A stretch of DNA of 64,000 bases, taken from NCBI GenBank assembly GCA_965649765.1, contig OZ287754.1:16244001-16308000 (forward strand), written 5' to 3'. Origin of the DNA: Bispira polyomma (taxonomy: Eukaryota). Below the pieces are notes generated by a model, which saw only the letters and a list, made by a program, of their open reading frames with translations, searched no databases and was not told where the DNA came from. Below, piece by piece: positions 24,801 through 32,724 of the stretch (positions within the stretch are counted from its first letter, which is position 1; every line of letters starts with the position of its first letter). The position numbers and the translations under genes are program-made.

Positions 24801-27200
24801 GGTCACCTTGACTTCTCCTGAATGTATGAAAACCAAATTCAGCAGGTTCCAGATCCATGGATACTATAAGTGATTTGAAAACGCTTCTGACCTTTGAGGC
24901 TGATAACATCATTAATTTGTCACTAGAAAAAATTTGAAACAAAGCGGGTTTCCAGAGATTTTAAGAAACTTTATCATTGACTTTATAGCAGAAATAGGAC
25001 ATAAATTGGAGCCTCTTAACTCAGGAGGTTGTACCACTTGATATAAACCTAAACGCTGCATGTTCTTAGCATACTTACTAATGATATGCATACCAGGCTT
25101 GCCAAAGACTATGTACAACACCACAGGTAATCTTGTTTTGTCACAAACTGATACCACTGAGCATACTAAAGAGGCTAAACGGTAGAAACCAAAAAGGGCT
25201 ACTACAAAAAGTGCCTGAAACACTGGTGCATTAGAAAGCTCTTTGGTCTTTTTAAGAAGTTCTGTTAACATATCTAAAGTGATGATACCTTTAATGTTTA
25301 GCAACAAAGGAGCATTAGCTCTTACAGATCTTATCATTAACTGCACTTGTTTACTCTTGAGTGCTAAAGTTGGCCAAAAAAAAAGACATTTTGCAATTAA
25401 TTAGCTCCCAGTCCATTTTAAGCCAAGAATTCAACATAAGCTACAACAGTTACTTCATCATGTGGAGTGACCAAGTCAACAGCAACCATAAAGACCAGGA
25501 ACTGACGAAACCTGGCAGCATAGGCGGATGCGGTTTGTAAAAATCAGAACTTCAGTATGTCTCCTTTCCCGCAGTCCACATGCAACAAGTATACAGCAAA
25601 TTTACTCCTAGAATAAATGAATGTGGGGGTTTGTATAGGCAGAAAATATTGCGGGAAATACATAGACAGTTCAAGCCACAATTAGCTCACACCCATGCTC
25701 AGACTCTTGCTGGTCAAAAAACTCACTCTGTTCAATGTGACCGACATTTTGATACAAAGTCTAGCCAGAAACCTAGTCTTTCTAGGGCTAACAAACTTAT
25801 CCTCATATGTACTGACCTATAATGCTAATATTTACTCGTATGTGTTCATTTCTTGATCAGCTTAGAGGCTCAAATTTGCTACTGGTCTGTAATTTTAAAG
25901 ATTATTTCCATCTAAGTTTGGAGTAGAGGAGTAACATTGGCAGTTCTGAAAGACTTTGAGAAGCAGCCCGCTTAAAGCAAGTAGTTTTTATGTTTGTTGT
26001 GGGAGAATATCTATACAATCCTTCAGTAAGGAAGTAGGTATTGAGTCCAGGTCGCATTTAGATGGTGATAAAGTAATGATTTTAGGGACGTCATCGCTGA
26101 GTATTCTAATCTTATTTAAGGTAGATGGTTTGTGTGGTGGAGTTAGGATGTTGAGAGAGGTGGATGGTTTGAAAGCCATACAGATTTTATCAATCGTCTA
26201 AAACAAAATATTTTTAAAACATTTTGGCTGCTTAATTAAGGCTGGTACAGTCCGGTAGAACAGGATCTCTAATTTTATAGAGGATCTTTTCTATAGATTG
26301 CCATAATTTCCCAGAGTCGGTGCTGTTTTTGGAGATGAGGTAGTAACAATGATTTTTTTAGCTTTTGATAGGAGCCTACTATAGTGGTTGACAGCAGCTC
26401 TAGAATGTGATCTGTCTATCCTGGATTTGTATGACACAATATTTTCTCATTGAACCTTTTTTCGTCTCTTGGGATTGAGGATTTCTAAAGTGATCCAGAT
26501 GCTGTCCGGGTGCGACAATGCAGTTTTGTCGTGGAAAGGTAGGCACGATAGTTAAACATTTCTCCAAGGGCAGTGTTATATTAATCACACAGATCAATTA
26601 CATTTGTCCTTGGGTTTCTGACAAGTTGGCAGGATGCAAGGTCAGCTTTAAACCTGTCATTGTTGATTGTATTTGTTTTTCTAAATTATAATAGTTTCGC
26701 CCACTGTGTATTTATGAAGAAATTTAATGGAGAGAGCGACATTGAAATGATCAGTAATACCCTTTGCCATGTATGATTCTACAAAGATGGAAGAGTCTGT
26801 CTTTGTTAATACTAAATCTAAAATGTGAGTATGAATGTGGGTTTACTTTTTGATGTATGTATTAAATGTGGATATATTTAATATTTCCATCATGTCAGTC
26901 CAGTCAGAAGCAAAGGAGGATTTTGAACAGAGGCTTAGCGGTCTATAAAATGTCAAGAGGCAAAAAGAAAAGGAACCATGTGATATTTTTAGGTAGATGG
27001 ATTCTGAAGAAGCAAAACTAGGAAGATTGATTTTAACCACATCAAAAATCTTTCTTTAAAAAAAATTACTATTTTTTCCTGTTTCTATTCTAAATGGTAA
27101 AACCGAACCCCTACTCTAAACTGAGCTACAATTTTAACTTACCCTCATTTAGGCCAGCCCCCAAGAAAATCACAAGAACTAAACTGCAAAAGAACTTCAT
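532..27200 (-). CDS. Multi-exon gene for a secreted protein with >=7 tandem six-cysteine domains (3' end lies outside the window)
   Basis: 14 exons with GT..AG boundaries and fully compatible phases: 27143-27200, 22854-22959, 20644-20792, 13513-13636, 11272-11411, 10593-10716, 9623-9768, 8108-8198, 6785-6936, 6266-6380, 5657-5796, 4815-4911, 3237-3385, 532-628. They splice to 1688 nt (562 codons + 2 nt) with no stop. Cys spacing is conserved between the repeats. Confidence 0.88.
876..1241 (+). mobile_element. 3' end of an L2/CR1-like LINE
   Basis: ORF remnant GSRALPIAAPLLWNSLPVDLRS matches the typical L2 ORF2 C-terminus; (TAA)n tail. The same 3' UTR recurs at ~4620, ~8020, ~13020, ~22060 and ~44310. 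Confidence 0.75.
2481..3130. mobile_element. Non-autonomous DNA transposon (MITE) with ~25-bp imperfect TIRs
   Basis: Left AAGTGGGGGTTCCACATTCAG vs reverse complement of right end AAGGGCGGGTTCCACTTTCAAG; flanked by TA on both sides. Confidence 0.7.
3237..3385 (-). CDS. Exon 13 (domain 6B) LQGPMLMLGEACMRKAVFLGRCGDNKQMEAEALIQYSRNQLSALCSTFF
   Basis: tgtAG acceptor, GTAATG donor, phase 2-1. Confidence 0.88.
4010..4215 (-). mobile_element. tRNA-derived SINE
   Basis: Reverse strand has tRNA A/B-box-like head (cctagtggttagaagc...gttcaaatc) and a tail related to the SINE copies at 20036-20252 and 36765-36995. Confidence 0.65.
4237..4561 (+). repeat. 23-bp minisatellite (CAGTGTTTTAACTGGCCATTTCT) x ~14
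   Basis: Directly visible tandem array. Confidence 0.95.
4815..4911 (-). CDS. Exon 12 (domain 6A) DCEFDVVYEAIKESCVSQFGLFINLGSSVYC
   Basis: ttttcAG acceptor, GTAATA donor, phase 1-2. Confidence 0.88.
5657..5796 (-). CDS. Exon 11 (domain 5B) TITTTLVATENCILGRLSEMKCDADLSVPAQTLIDSGKHNYNKLCG
   Basis: gttttAG acceptor, GTAATA donor, phase 2-1. Confidence 0.86.
6266..6380 (-). CDS. Exon 10 (domain 5A) MECETIPMAVETIGHCLLAVSGLIEDLTLNPADLNYC
   Basis: tttttcAG acceptor, GTATGA donor, phase 1-2. Confidence 0.88.
6785..6936 (-). CDS. Exon 9 (domain 4B) SSMSYLVSLVSCIITALHDKTCLMTLPSVASSSAYILQQAIGAFFAPLFS (lacks Cys6)
   Basis: ttctctgcAG acceptor, GTATGT donor, phase 2-1. Confidence 0.85.
7151..7405 (+). 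mobile_element. tRNA-derived SINE (full length)
   Basis: GGTGGCCTAGTGG A box, GAGTTCGAATCCC B box, (AAATTC)n tail; second copy at 14003-14232. Confidence 0.85.
8108..8198 (-). CDS. Exon 8 (domain 4A) QCQSEMNQTRLDVTACMELNAANMPDLTV (lacks Cys3)
   Basis: tttatcAG acceptor, GTAAGT donor, phase 1-2. It is required to bridge exons 7 and 9 in frame. Confidence 0.8.
8219..8849. mobile_element. Harbinger/PIF-type MITE
   Basis: TIRs TGGTCTGGTCACACCTACACGT / ACGTGTAGGTGTGACCAGGACA with TAA target-site duplication. Confidence 0.85.
8880..9190 (-). mobile_element. tRNA-derived SINE, second family
   Basis: Reverse complement matches the + strand copy at 49433-49760; partial copy at 13810-13990. Confidence 0.75.
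9228..9377 (+). mobile_element. L2-like LINE 3' tail with (TAGAT)n end
   Basis: Near-identical to the reverse complement of 59735-59885. Confidence 0.8.
9623..9768 (-). CDS. Exon 7 (domain 3B) EAPEAVQSFGQCLSWASSAGGCTSGMSVLRDHLVNLAWNYYSAACASY
   Basis: tcacAG acceptor, GTAAGA donor, phase 2-1. Confidence 0.88.
10256..10610. repeat. ~117-bp tandem repeat x3 that duplicates the 3' end and donor site of exon 6
   Basis: ccacttactg(g/a)cagt(c/a)aaccaactgga at 10352, 10469 and 10585. Confidence 0.9.
10593..10716 (-). CDS. Exon 6 (domain 3A) CQNESAFQAAVAVCMGSLLDYRDSLPVDIASNPLLQLVYC
   Basis: cctttAG acceptor, GTAAGT donor, phase 1-2. Confidence 0.88.
10932..11090 (+). mobile_element. tRNA-derived SINE
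   Basis: ggtggcctagtggg A box, then tccttgggcaag core-like motif. Confidence 0.65.
11272..11411 (-). CDS. Exon 5 (domain 2B) AMSQSTKDLEQCWRDTITSANCSQLKHNDIDILTRLAWQNYEFTCE
   Basis: ttttAG acceptor, GTACTG donor, phase 2-1. Confidence 0.88.
11867..12538 (+). repeat. 224-bp tandem repeat x3, nearly identical
   Basis: aaatcagatactgcaag recurs with a period of 224; only ~2 substitutions, in copy 3. Confidence 0.95.
13513..13636 (-). CDS. Exon 4 (domain 2A) CQDEDLYYAGLVSCQDTYNETMQAQFAVQEVHSNYLELFC
   Basis: attcAG acceptor, GTCAG donor, phase 1-2; lies within ORF 13467..13667. Confidence 0.88.
14003..14232 (+). mobile_element. tRNA-derived SINE (5'-truncated copy of 7151-7405)
   Basis: High identity to 7176-7405. 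Confidence 0.85.
15069..15350 (+). pseudogene. Truncated gag of element 1 (N-terminal C-x2-C-x3-H-x7-C finger), fused by deletion to pol
   Basis: CRACKTSHRKPINDNC matches CSVCSGRHGRPVGKKC of element 2. At ~15350 the sequence jumps to pol QNKQKFGFIP (QNSGKYGFIP in element 2). Confidence 0.8.
15402..16931 (+). pseudogene. RT-RNase H of element 1, missing RT motif A
   Basis: NYIDD, DACLQG, LEMINI and TADLLSRW are present. 34 codons including the D of K-x-DISRAF are missing relative to element 2. Confidence 0.88.
16949..17939 (+). pseudogene. Tyrosine recombinase of element 1
   Basis: FLRISN, WTKT, FHTFRRSG, GIW and WRY motifs; frameshift near 17025 and a TAG at ~17201. Confidence 0.88.
20036..20252 (-). 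mobile_element. tRNA-derived SINE
   Basis: Reverse strand reads ggtggccttgtggttaaa...gggttcaaatccc. Confidence 0.75.
20455..20697. repeat. ~92-bp tandem repeat that duplicates the 3' end and donor site of exon 3
   Basis: ttacc(t/c)tgtccagtgca...catcatggcc at ~20456, 20548 and 20640. Confidence 0.9.
20644..20792 (-). CDS. Exon 3 (domain 1, B half) NAKRITKTYTKCLKKALVEGKKCNASTKAEVEAMIHTKWWSYSEICTGQ
   Basis: ctgtAG acceptor, GTAAGT donor, phase 2-1; lies within ORF 20609..20872. Confidence 0.88.
22854..22959 (-). CDS. Exon 2 (domain 1, A half) CNKPGKYISKKNQCEARYISNIEKLQTSVGKDLC
   Basis: ttcctttgaaAG acceptor, GTAAGT donor, phase 1-2, C-x12-C. Confidence 0.85.
23690..27050 (-). mobile_element. 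Decayed L2/CR1-like LINE (EN + RT), interrupted by a YR fragment
   Basis: Remnants TFYRP (EN), SKCDLDSIPTSLLKDC, LDYCNSLL and LTKLHYLP, with many stops and frameshifts. Confidence 0.75.
24800..25537 (-). pseudogene. Tyrosine recombinase fragment of a Ngaro-like retrotransposon
   Basis: TASAYAARF, FGFYRLASLV, LCPISAIK and FGFHTFRRS; homologous to the YRs of elements 1 and 2; contains stops and frameshifts. Confidence 0.85.
27143..27200 (-). CDS. Exon 1 of six-Cys repeat protein: signal peptide MKFFCSLVLVIFLGAGLNE(A)
   Basis: ACAATG start, hydrophobic core and GTAAGT donor in phase 1. Splicing gives ...LNEA|CNKPGK, a plausible cleavage site. Confidence 0.8.
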
Positions 27201-29025
27201 TGTGAATTTGAGCACATCCGTGTATTGGCCTCAGTATTTTATTACTCCATTGGATCACTGATATAAAATATGAAACATCAAACCCCGGGGATTGTGTCAT
27301 ATTGTGGGCGAAATTTTAATGTAGATGCTTATTTTGCAAATAATATGTACATATATTATTGATTTATTAGTATTAGTTCGTTTTGCATTAGTGTCCATCA
27401 TCAATGATATATTTGTTTGATATTCAAGTGCCCCATTGTAGCATAATTCATATATTTTAATGTAGAAACTGTTTGGTATCAATTAATAATGGCATGTTTT
27501 GGTTATATTGAAATCCCCCATTGTAGAACAATTCATAATTATTAAAATAAAAGCAACTGTTCATTGTCATTTGTTATTCTGGACAATAATATGCAGATAT
27601 GTTTTACAAAGAAAACAAAATGGCATGGGATCCTTTGATCATCAATAAAAAATGATCATCAATATTAATTGATCCACATTATATTTATTTAAATAATAAT
27701 GATAGATCTTAACTAAAAAAAAGTCATATATATTCCTACTAAATAAATGCATTGCAAAAATTGAAAAGAATCAACAGTAATATATTTTTTGTTTCTTGTG
27801 AAAATATGTAAATTATGTTTTCATACAAAAACAGCAGTCACTCTCTTCAAAAAGGTACACAGATATTCCTTGTTAAAACAAGTAACGTTTATTATTATCA
27901 TGGAATGATGAAGTTTCAATAAATATGCACTCAAACTTTTTAAACCCCTTAACAGTTCACCTTGATTCATGCAAAGTATTTTTGTCATCACTTATGGAAA
28001 AACCATGTTCCAAAAACATAAAAAGTTGTTAAAAATGATGGAGAAACATTACACTCGAAAATAGAGTCTGTAGATTGTGTGACCAAGAAATTGAGGGCAA
28101 GATTAATCTTATTTTTTTTTTACTGTAACTACCACAAAACTGAGAGACCTAATACATTGAATGGAACTCTTTTGAAGATAACAAAACAGTTGACCTTTTA
28201 AAGCAGAAACATAGTACTAACATCTTTAAGGACTATATAGTAAACATATTCTAAAATAGGAAATCTGTTTTGAACAAGCAAGCTGTAACCAATTAAGAAT
28301 GGTATGCATCAATAAACTAAATCCATAAATAGTGTGTAAATTTATATATTATAGAATTGTATATATTTTGATATAATTATATATAGTAATATATATTTGT
28401 ATATGTGTAGTTAAATATTTATATGTAGGCAGTACTTCATAAGCTTGAGTTATATTGGACTGGCTGTCTAGCTAATGTATAATAGTTCATGTTTTATATA
28501 TACGCAGGTGGCACTATAATAAATCAATTCTCTCTCTGTCTGTATATTTTTGGCAAAACATTATATAAGCTCCAACATTCATATTGTACCAACTGATACA
28601 ATGAAGATGTTGTGTTTTGTTTCTGACAGAAATTATTTTACAAATATTTTTTTTTAAAACAATTTTTTTGAAGCAGCTTTTTGGAGATTACTTTAGAATG
28701 CTTCCATGTTGCATTATTCAATCCAATTTTACCTGTGTTCCTTTATAGTAGTTTTTTCTATTTATTTATTTATTTTTTTTTTTTTTGTTGTACCAAAAAA
28801 ATACAAAAATACATTTGACACATCTTATTGAATGTAATCAATTTATTACAACAAAGGCTTATACCACGATGCTAGTTACCAAATCACACAAAAAAAACAT
28901 TTATACTTTTAAGTTTTCCCATACTTCCCATTTCTGGTGGGCTGACGCCCATGCGACAGCCCCCCTCAGTTCTGGTGGCAGGTCACTGGGAGGCTAATTA
29001 AGCCACCTGGGGTCACGGGGGCAAG

Positions 29026-29064
29026 TATAAAAGGGATTGCCGCCAACAGGCGCCATCATTAGTT
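29026..29064 (+). promoter_or_regulatory. TATA box and initiator-like sequence in the A region of element 2
   Basis: TATAAAA at 29026, then CGCCATCATTAGTT ~25-30 nt downstream. Element 1 has CATAAAA...CGCCATTTT in a similar position. Confidence 0.55.
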
Positions 29065-29165
29065 AAAAACAGTTCATAGATACAAGTGTTTTACAATTGG
29101 GGCTTTTACTACCCAGGGCTTTTACTACCCAGATATTGTTTTACATTTTAATTGAATGTGTAGTC

Positions 29166-30137
29166 ATGCCTAAGGAATACCCGTGTAGTGTATGTTCTGG
29201 TCGGCACGGACGTCCAGTTGGAAAGAAATGTAAATTTAATCCGTTGGACAGCGTCGCTGATGAGGTGGCTGCCGTTGATCTGCCTGTTTCTGATTCCGTA
29301 TCTAGTTTGATACTTCAACAACTGGTCGTGATGAATGAGAAGATGGACAGCATGGATCGAGTACAAGCTACTGAGGCGGCGCTGTGTAAACCCAGCGCGC
29401 AGGCATGTAACACAGTTTCTAAACCTGTATCTAATGTCCCTAGTGTTAGTGAACCAGTGTTTGAGGCCGTTGTGCCCTCCCTAGATTACCTGCGTTCAAA
29501 TTCCAGCTTACAAAGTCAGGTAGACCAGCGCTTGCTGCAACTGCAACAACTCCATGATTTAATGGGAGGTAAACTGAAATCCCAAAGAGGTGGCGCGGAA
29601 GCTCCCGTTAAACGTCATGTTGATTGGCCACAAAATTTTGTCTTATCTGGTGTAAAAAAGGTTAGACCCACTTACGATGACCTTACTTTGGTTCAGTTCG
29701 TCCCCGGGTTTGTTCGCTGTACGCAAGAGCAAAAAGAGTCCTCTGTCCGCAAGGCCATGTTGGAATATCTGGCATGCCTGATGGATGACGCCCATGATTT
29801 TTCGTGGGACGCCGCCAAAGCCGCTCACGCCATTTTGTTAACCAACATGGAAATGGACCGATTGAATTGGACGGATGTCGAAAAGGTCGACCGGATAAGG
29901 CGCGCTCATGCACAGTGTCATGTAACGTCCTCAGCTAGTGGGTCTGGCCTTTCTAAAAGCAATGTTGGCAGTAGGGGTAAAACAGTTGGAGTAAACTGTC
30001 GATTCTTCCAAGAAGGAACGTGCAAATTTGATGCCAGCCATCGCACTTCTGGACAGTGGTTCAAACACTGCTGTGAGAGCTGTGGTGGCACGCATCAAAC
30101 CAAGTTGTGCTCCAAAAACTCGGTGTCAAAAAACTAA
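29166..30137 (+). CDS. Gag-like ORF1 of element 2 (N-terminal Zn finger, coiled coil, C-terminal Cys/His fingers)
   Basis: MPKEYPCSVCSGRHGRPVGKKC...GKLKSQRGG...WPQNFV...CRFFQEGTCKFDASH...HCCESCGGTHQTKLC. Confidence 0.88.
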   Translation: MPKEYPCSVCSGRHGRPVGKKCKFNPLDSVADEVAAVDLPVSDSVSSLILQQLVVMNEKMDSMDRVQATEAALCKPSAQACNTVSKPVSNVPSVSEPVFEAVVPSLDYLRSNSSLQSQVDQRLLQLQQLHDLMGGKLKSQRGGAEAPVKRHVDWPQNFVLSGVKKVRPTYDDLTLVQFVPGFVRCTQEQKESSVRKAMLEYLACLMDDAHDFSWDAAKAAHAILLTNMEMDRLNWTDVEKVDRIRRAHAQCHVTSSASGSGLSKSNVGSRGKTVGVNCRFFQEGTCKFDASHRTSGQWFKHCCESCGGTHQTKLCSKNSVSKN

Positions 30138-32608
30138 GGGGCCACTGCAGTATTGCAGTGGCTGCTAAGAAACTTGTACATAAAACCTGCTCTAGAGTTG
30201 TATATAATTCTACTTTTAGGGATTTTAAACTGTTTGATCATGTGTGTTGTAAATATGATGTGTATACTGGACCCCGACTTAACAGGTCATACCGGGACGT
30301 GTTGCAACAGGGCCTTGTGGTTACTGATACCGAGATTTGTGGAAACCGGGAAATGGGAAAAGTTAACCCTGTTTCTGTTAATAAAACCCCCCAAGGTAGC
30401 AAACTTGTGTTCCATAATACCTCATTGCACAAGGTGTCGGGAAGGAGGCATTCACCTGTGAAAGTGTTAAATACACCAGCTGACAGGCAACGTGAGAAAA
30501 CAAATCACCAAAAGGTGTTAAGAAAAACACCTTTGGGTGGTGTGAAAACATCCGTGAATAGGCGGGTCGGTAACAATGCAAACCGGGTGTTACAAAACCA
30601 ACCAATTGCGTCCAAAACAATTGAACTAAGTGATGGCGAAGGGTGGCCTAAACTTCTGGGTTCTCCGAGTGTGAAAACAATTGGCGCGGGTACCACTCCA
30701 AGTAATGCTAACAATAGTGGGTTTCGCCTTCCCATTCATAACCGGTTTAGTTGCTTAGACATTCCTGATGTAGAACTTCCTGACTCGAGTGACACGTTAG
30801 GTAAGGTCGATTTCACACCTATTCTACCACCTAACAAGAGATCTAACCCGTGTGATGACAAGTATGTACTGGACCTCTCAGGAGGCCTTGATAAAAGACA
30901 GCGCTTAAATGCAGCTAAAGATAATGTGACCTACAAGTTGTGGGATATACAGAATAGTGGAAAGTATGGGTTCATACCAACTAGTTCCTGGGGTACCCCA
31001 GTGATTGATTGTTCCAATAACCAATTGATCACAGACGTGTTTACACTACATAAGTCCCTTAAATTGGATGGGAGACCAAATTATAAGGGTTTACAAGTCC
31101 CCATACACACCCAACTGACGGTCCCTGCCTGGGAAAAGTATTTAGCGAATTATTGGGATTGGGAACTCCCCTTACTGATAAAATTCGGATTTCCTCTTGA
31201 CTGTAATGAAGAACATGAGTTCAAGTCTGACTTGAACAATCATGCTTCAGCCAATCAATATCCTGAACATGTGAACCATTACCTGGAAGAAGAATGTTCT
31301 ATGGGTGCTATGTATGGACCTTTCGTCCATCCCCAAATTGATGATGTGCACACATCCCCATTTATGACTAGAGACAAATCAAGCTCGGTTAACCGACGAG
31401 TCATAATCGATCTGAGTTGGCCCATCGGTCATTCGGTTAATGCAGCCGTGTCATCGAATTCGTATCTGGACAAGGAATTTGTACTTACTTACCCTTCTAT
31501 AGATGACATAACCCAACAAGTGTTGCAAAACGGTAGGGGCTCCTTGCTATTTAAAGCGGATATTAGTCGCGCATTCCGTCACGTGACCATAGACCCCAGA
31601 GACATCAATCGTCTGGGCTTATACTGGGACGGCTACTATCTCGACGGCTCGTTGCCCTTTGGCTACCGACACGGTTCAGTGATTTTTCAGAGAATTTCTG
31701 ACAGTATAAGGTATATAATGGAAGGTGAAGGTCATCAAATCACCAACTATATCGACGATCTCTTATGTTCTTCTGTTCCCTCAAAAATCTATAAAACGTA
31801 CCACCGACTGCAGGCCCTTTTGGCCGAGTTGGGTTTGACTCTTAGCAAGAAGAAGCTGGTTCCTCCAGCCACCCGGGTAACCTGCCTAGGCATAGTTATA
31901 GATACAGTTCGGTTCACTACATCGATACCAGAGGACAAACTAGCTCAGGTTCAAAAAATATGTGGCAATTGGAGTGATAAAAAGCAGTGTACTAAGCGGG
32001 AGCTCCAATGTTTATTGGGTTCTTTGCTATATATTTCTAAATGCGTGAAGTACTCACGATTTTTTCTGAATCAGATGTTGCAACTCCTCCGAAGCAATCA
32101 CCACAAAACAAGTATCAAAATTAACCCTGAGTTCAAAAAGGACCTTAACTGGTTCATTGAGTTTCTCCATAAATACAATGGGGTGACATTTTTTCATCAT
32201 GCCCCCATTACTGACATTGTAGAGTTGGATGCCTGCCTAACAGGCATGGGAGGAGTGTATGGCAAACAAGTATATTACCTTCCCATTCCTGCTGCTATGC
32301 ACAAACATAATATTGCTTCATTGGAGATGCTGAACATTCATGTGGCTTTGAAATTGTGGGGCAAATACTGGCAAGGACGTAGACTGTTAATTAAATGTGA
32401 TAACCAGGCTGTTGTAAGTGTCCTTACTCATGGTAGAACTAGAGATAGCGAATTAGCCCTGTACTCGCGGAACATATTCATGCTGGCTAGCAAGCTCGAT
32501 GTAGACATACAGGTGGTTCATATTCTAGGAAATGACAATACCACTGCTGACCTCTTGTCTCGCTGGACAAATTCAAGTAAGGATAATGTTCTCTTACAGG
32601 AGCCGTGA
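30107..32608 (+). CDS. Pol (reverse transcriptase + RNase H) of element 2
   Basis: KADISRAF, LPFGYRHG, NYIDD, DACLTG, LEMLNI, CDN and TADLLSRW. A small frameshifting deletion near 32600 shortens the C-terminus; the ancestral stop is probably at 32641-32643. Confidence 0.92.
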   Translation: MLQKLGVKKLRGHCSIAVAAKKLVHKTCSRVVYNSTFRDFKLFDHVCCKYDVYTGPRLNRSYRDVLQQGLVVTDTEICGNREMGKVNPVSVNKTPQGSKLVFHNTSLHKVSGRRHSPVKVLNTPADRQREKTNHQKVLRKTPLGGVKTSVNRRVGNNANRVLQNQPIASKTIELSDGEGWPKLLGSPSVKTIGAGTTPSNANNSGFRLPIHNRFSCLDIPDVELPDSSDTLGKVDFTPILPPNKRSNPCDDKYVLDLSGGLDKRQRLNAAKDNVTYKLWDIQNSGKYGFIPTSSWGTPVIDCSNNQLITDVFTLHKSLKLDGRPNYKGLQVPIHTQLTVPAWEKYLANYWDWELPLLIKFGFPLDCNEEHEFKSDLNNHASANQYPEHVNHYLEEECSMGAMYGPFVHPQIDDVHTSPFMTRDKSSSVNRRVIIDLSWPIGHSVNAAVSSNSYLDKEFVLTYPSIDDITQQVLQNGRGSLLFKADISRAFRHVTIDPRDINRLGLYWDGYYLDGSLPFGYRHGSVIFQRISDSIRYIMEGEGHQITNYIDDLLCSSVPSKIYKTYHRLQALLAELGLTLSKKKLVPPATRVTCLGIVIDTVRFTTSIPEDKLAQVQKICGNWSDKKQCTKRELQCLLGSLLYISKCVKYSRFFLNQMLQLLRSNHHKTSIKINPEFKKDLNWFIEFLHKYNGVTFFHHAPITDIVELDACLTGMGGVYGKQVYYLPIPAAMHKHNIASLEMLNIHVALKLWGKYWQGRRLLIKCDNQAVVSVLTHGRTRDSELALYSRNIFMLASKLDVDIQVVHILGNDNTTADLLSRWTNSSKDNVLLQEP
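30128..30162 (+). promoter_or_regulatory. Predicted -1 programmed ribosomal frameshift signal (gag to pol)
   Basis: A_AAA_AAC in the gag frame just before the TAA stop, a 6-nt spacer, then the perfect hairpin GCCACTGCA-GTAT-TGCAGTGGC. Pol is in the -1 frame. Confidence 0.8.
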
Positions 32609-32724
32609 CAGAGGACCACTTACTGCTTAATCACCACATTTAGATATTGCTTGTCTGGTTGCATGGTATTATGTTGATCAGCCTTTACAAATGTTACTTT
32701 GTCTGCTTTGTGTTTGTGTTATAG

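Noticed and set aside
32691-32724. ATG at 32691 as the true YR start (MLLCLLCVCVI)
   Set aside because: It reads through what looks like a polypyrimidine tract and has no counterpart in element 1. It is disfavoured but not excluded.
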